Shown: piece after piece, positions 62,834 through 64,000 of the stretch
How positions within the stretch are numbered: position 1 is the first letter of the stretch
Layout: every line of letters begins with the position of its first letter
Assembly (NCBI GenBank): GCA_963663805.2
Contig: CAXXMR010000015.1
Location: 105,934-169,933, forward strand
Reading direction: 5' to 3'
DNA: 64,000 nt
Source: Sedimentisphaerales bacterium
GTDB lineage: Bacteria > Planctomycetota > Phycisphaerae > Sedimentisphaerales > SM23-30
Translations under genes and position numbers: made by a program
Notes under the pieces: model-generated
The model's database searches: none
The model's input: the letters and a program-made list of their open reading frames with translations, nothing else
What the model was told of the DNA's origin: nothing

Positions 62834-63403
62834 TATCTGCTCCCTATCTTATGGCCAAAGTTGATTCGGCCCAGCTTCACAATGTGGCCGCTGGCGGTGA
62901 GTCGTAAAACAGTCTGGCCCCCGCAGCGCATTTCGAGTTCATTGCGGTGATTGAGTTCGGCGGTCCCGATATGCTGTTGGGCCATGATGCTGGCCACCGG
63001 CCCACCCTTTGCCTGGGCCCAGAATAGAAAGCCAAATGAAGGGACTACCAATACCCCGTCATTCATGTACCAGGCACTGTTGACATAATCGAGCAGCTGG
63101 TTCAGGCCCCGTCCGATTTTTGCACCGGGACGTTTGACCTCGAAAATAATCGCGCCGTGACACCAGCCGGCCTGACAAAGTTTTTCTGTGGGCAGGGCCA
63201 GGATATCGGCCTGCAGGCTATGGTGTTCCTGACGCGGATGGGGTATATAACGGCATGCCCTTGACCTGCTCGCACACAAAGAATAATCCCGTATCGCGCA
63301 GAAAATTCGCCAGATAACGTTGGGTTTCACGCTCGGTTTGCCAGGGGCCTTGGGCTAAATCATCCTGGGCCACATCGTCCCGCTCATAAGTGGCTATGGT
63401 CAT
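62833..63403 (-). CDS. PD-(D/E)xK-like hypothetical protein, frameshifted
   Basis: QADILALP..IIFEVKR..NQLLDY; N-terminus in a different frame. Confidence 0.45.
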
Positions 63404-63446
63404 ATCTACTCCGTAAAAAGGATTTCATGTTTGTGGTGGAATTACT

Positions 63447-64000
63447 TCAGAACGGAATATCCGCTTCATCCCAGTCCAGCCCTACGCTGATGGAACTGTA
63501 ATCGTTCGTGTTATCCACTTCATCATCCCAGCCCGCTCGGGGGCATACTCGGGCTTTTCGCCCAGCTCATAACCGATCACCCGGTCAAATTTCTCACCCG
63601 AGACACTGCGTACGGTAATCATCTTCGTGCGGGCCAGGGCACCATCTTCAGCCAGCAGGACCGCTTCATGGGCGCTCCTCGGTGCCGGACACAGCGAACG
63701 TTGGCTCCACCATTTCTCAAACTTCTGCCGGGCCCAGCCGGTATGTTCCGGGCATACCCACTCGCTCACGTGCTGGTGCCAGCCCACCTGATATTCCACC
63801 CGCATGGTCTGGGGGGTGTTTTCATCTGCACCGCGTTTGGTATGCACCGAATAAAAAACATTCTGAACGGGATATTCAGTATCTTCAATTTCACCGGAGA
63901 GCACCGCCGCGGTATCGGCCTTCGCTTCATGACGGTTCTTATTCGGAGCCGGGAACTCAAACCCGCATTCCGGACAGACGGCATACGATGCGTGGATGAG
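63447..64000 (-). CDS. C-terminal part of SF2 helicase (runs off the window)
   Basis: CPECGFEFP Zn finger, MRVEYQVG..EWVCPEH.GWARQKF..WW, ends DIPF after a frameshift. Confidence 0.65.

Larger units (their letters stand above)
2795..64000. mobile_element. Integrated, defective serine-recombinase prophage/island with about 30 kb cargo
   Basis: Recombinase module converging on a replication-packaging-head-tail block; att sites not identified, so boundaries are approximate. Confidence 0.7.

Noticed and set aside
1..64000. tRNA/rRNA genes and attL/attR
   Set aside because: None recognised; the right end of the element lies outside the window

Overview
The window looks like one large integrated, decaying lambdoid-type prophage or genomic island next to a host pspA-like gene. 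The host is probably a planctomycete (Phycisphaerae/Sedimentisphaerales-like), inferred from dockerin-type C-termini and gene content. A DUF2924 + large serine recombinase module lies at the left (2.8-5.4 kb, +). Replication, methylase, packaging, head and truncated tail genes lie at the right (36.5-64 kb, mostly -). About 30 kb of cargo sits between them, in three blocks separated by partial copies of the 3' end of the recombinase-module gene. Block 1 is an array of RHS toxin-tip/immunity cassettes, five of which start at the same nucleotide next to a shared junction motif, plus a radical SAM gene. Block 2 is a C25 peptidase. Block 3 is a complete diversity-generating retroelement (DGR): FGE/CLec target with VR, GNA-loop hairpin, avd and RT, with the TR inside the 3' end of the RT ORF. 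It is followed by a 1125-aa dockerin/CARDB protein whose N-terminus carries two candidate donor beta-strands for the DGR target. Many frameshifts fall in homopolymers and may be assembly errors. All family assignments come from motif recognition by eye; no database searches were run.
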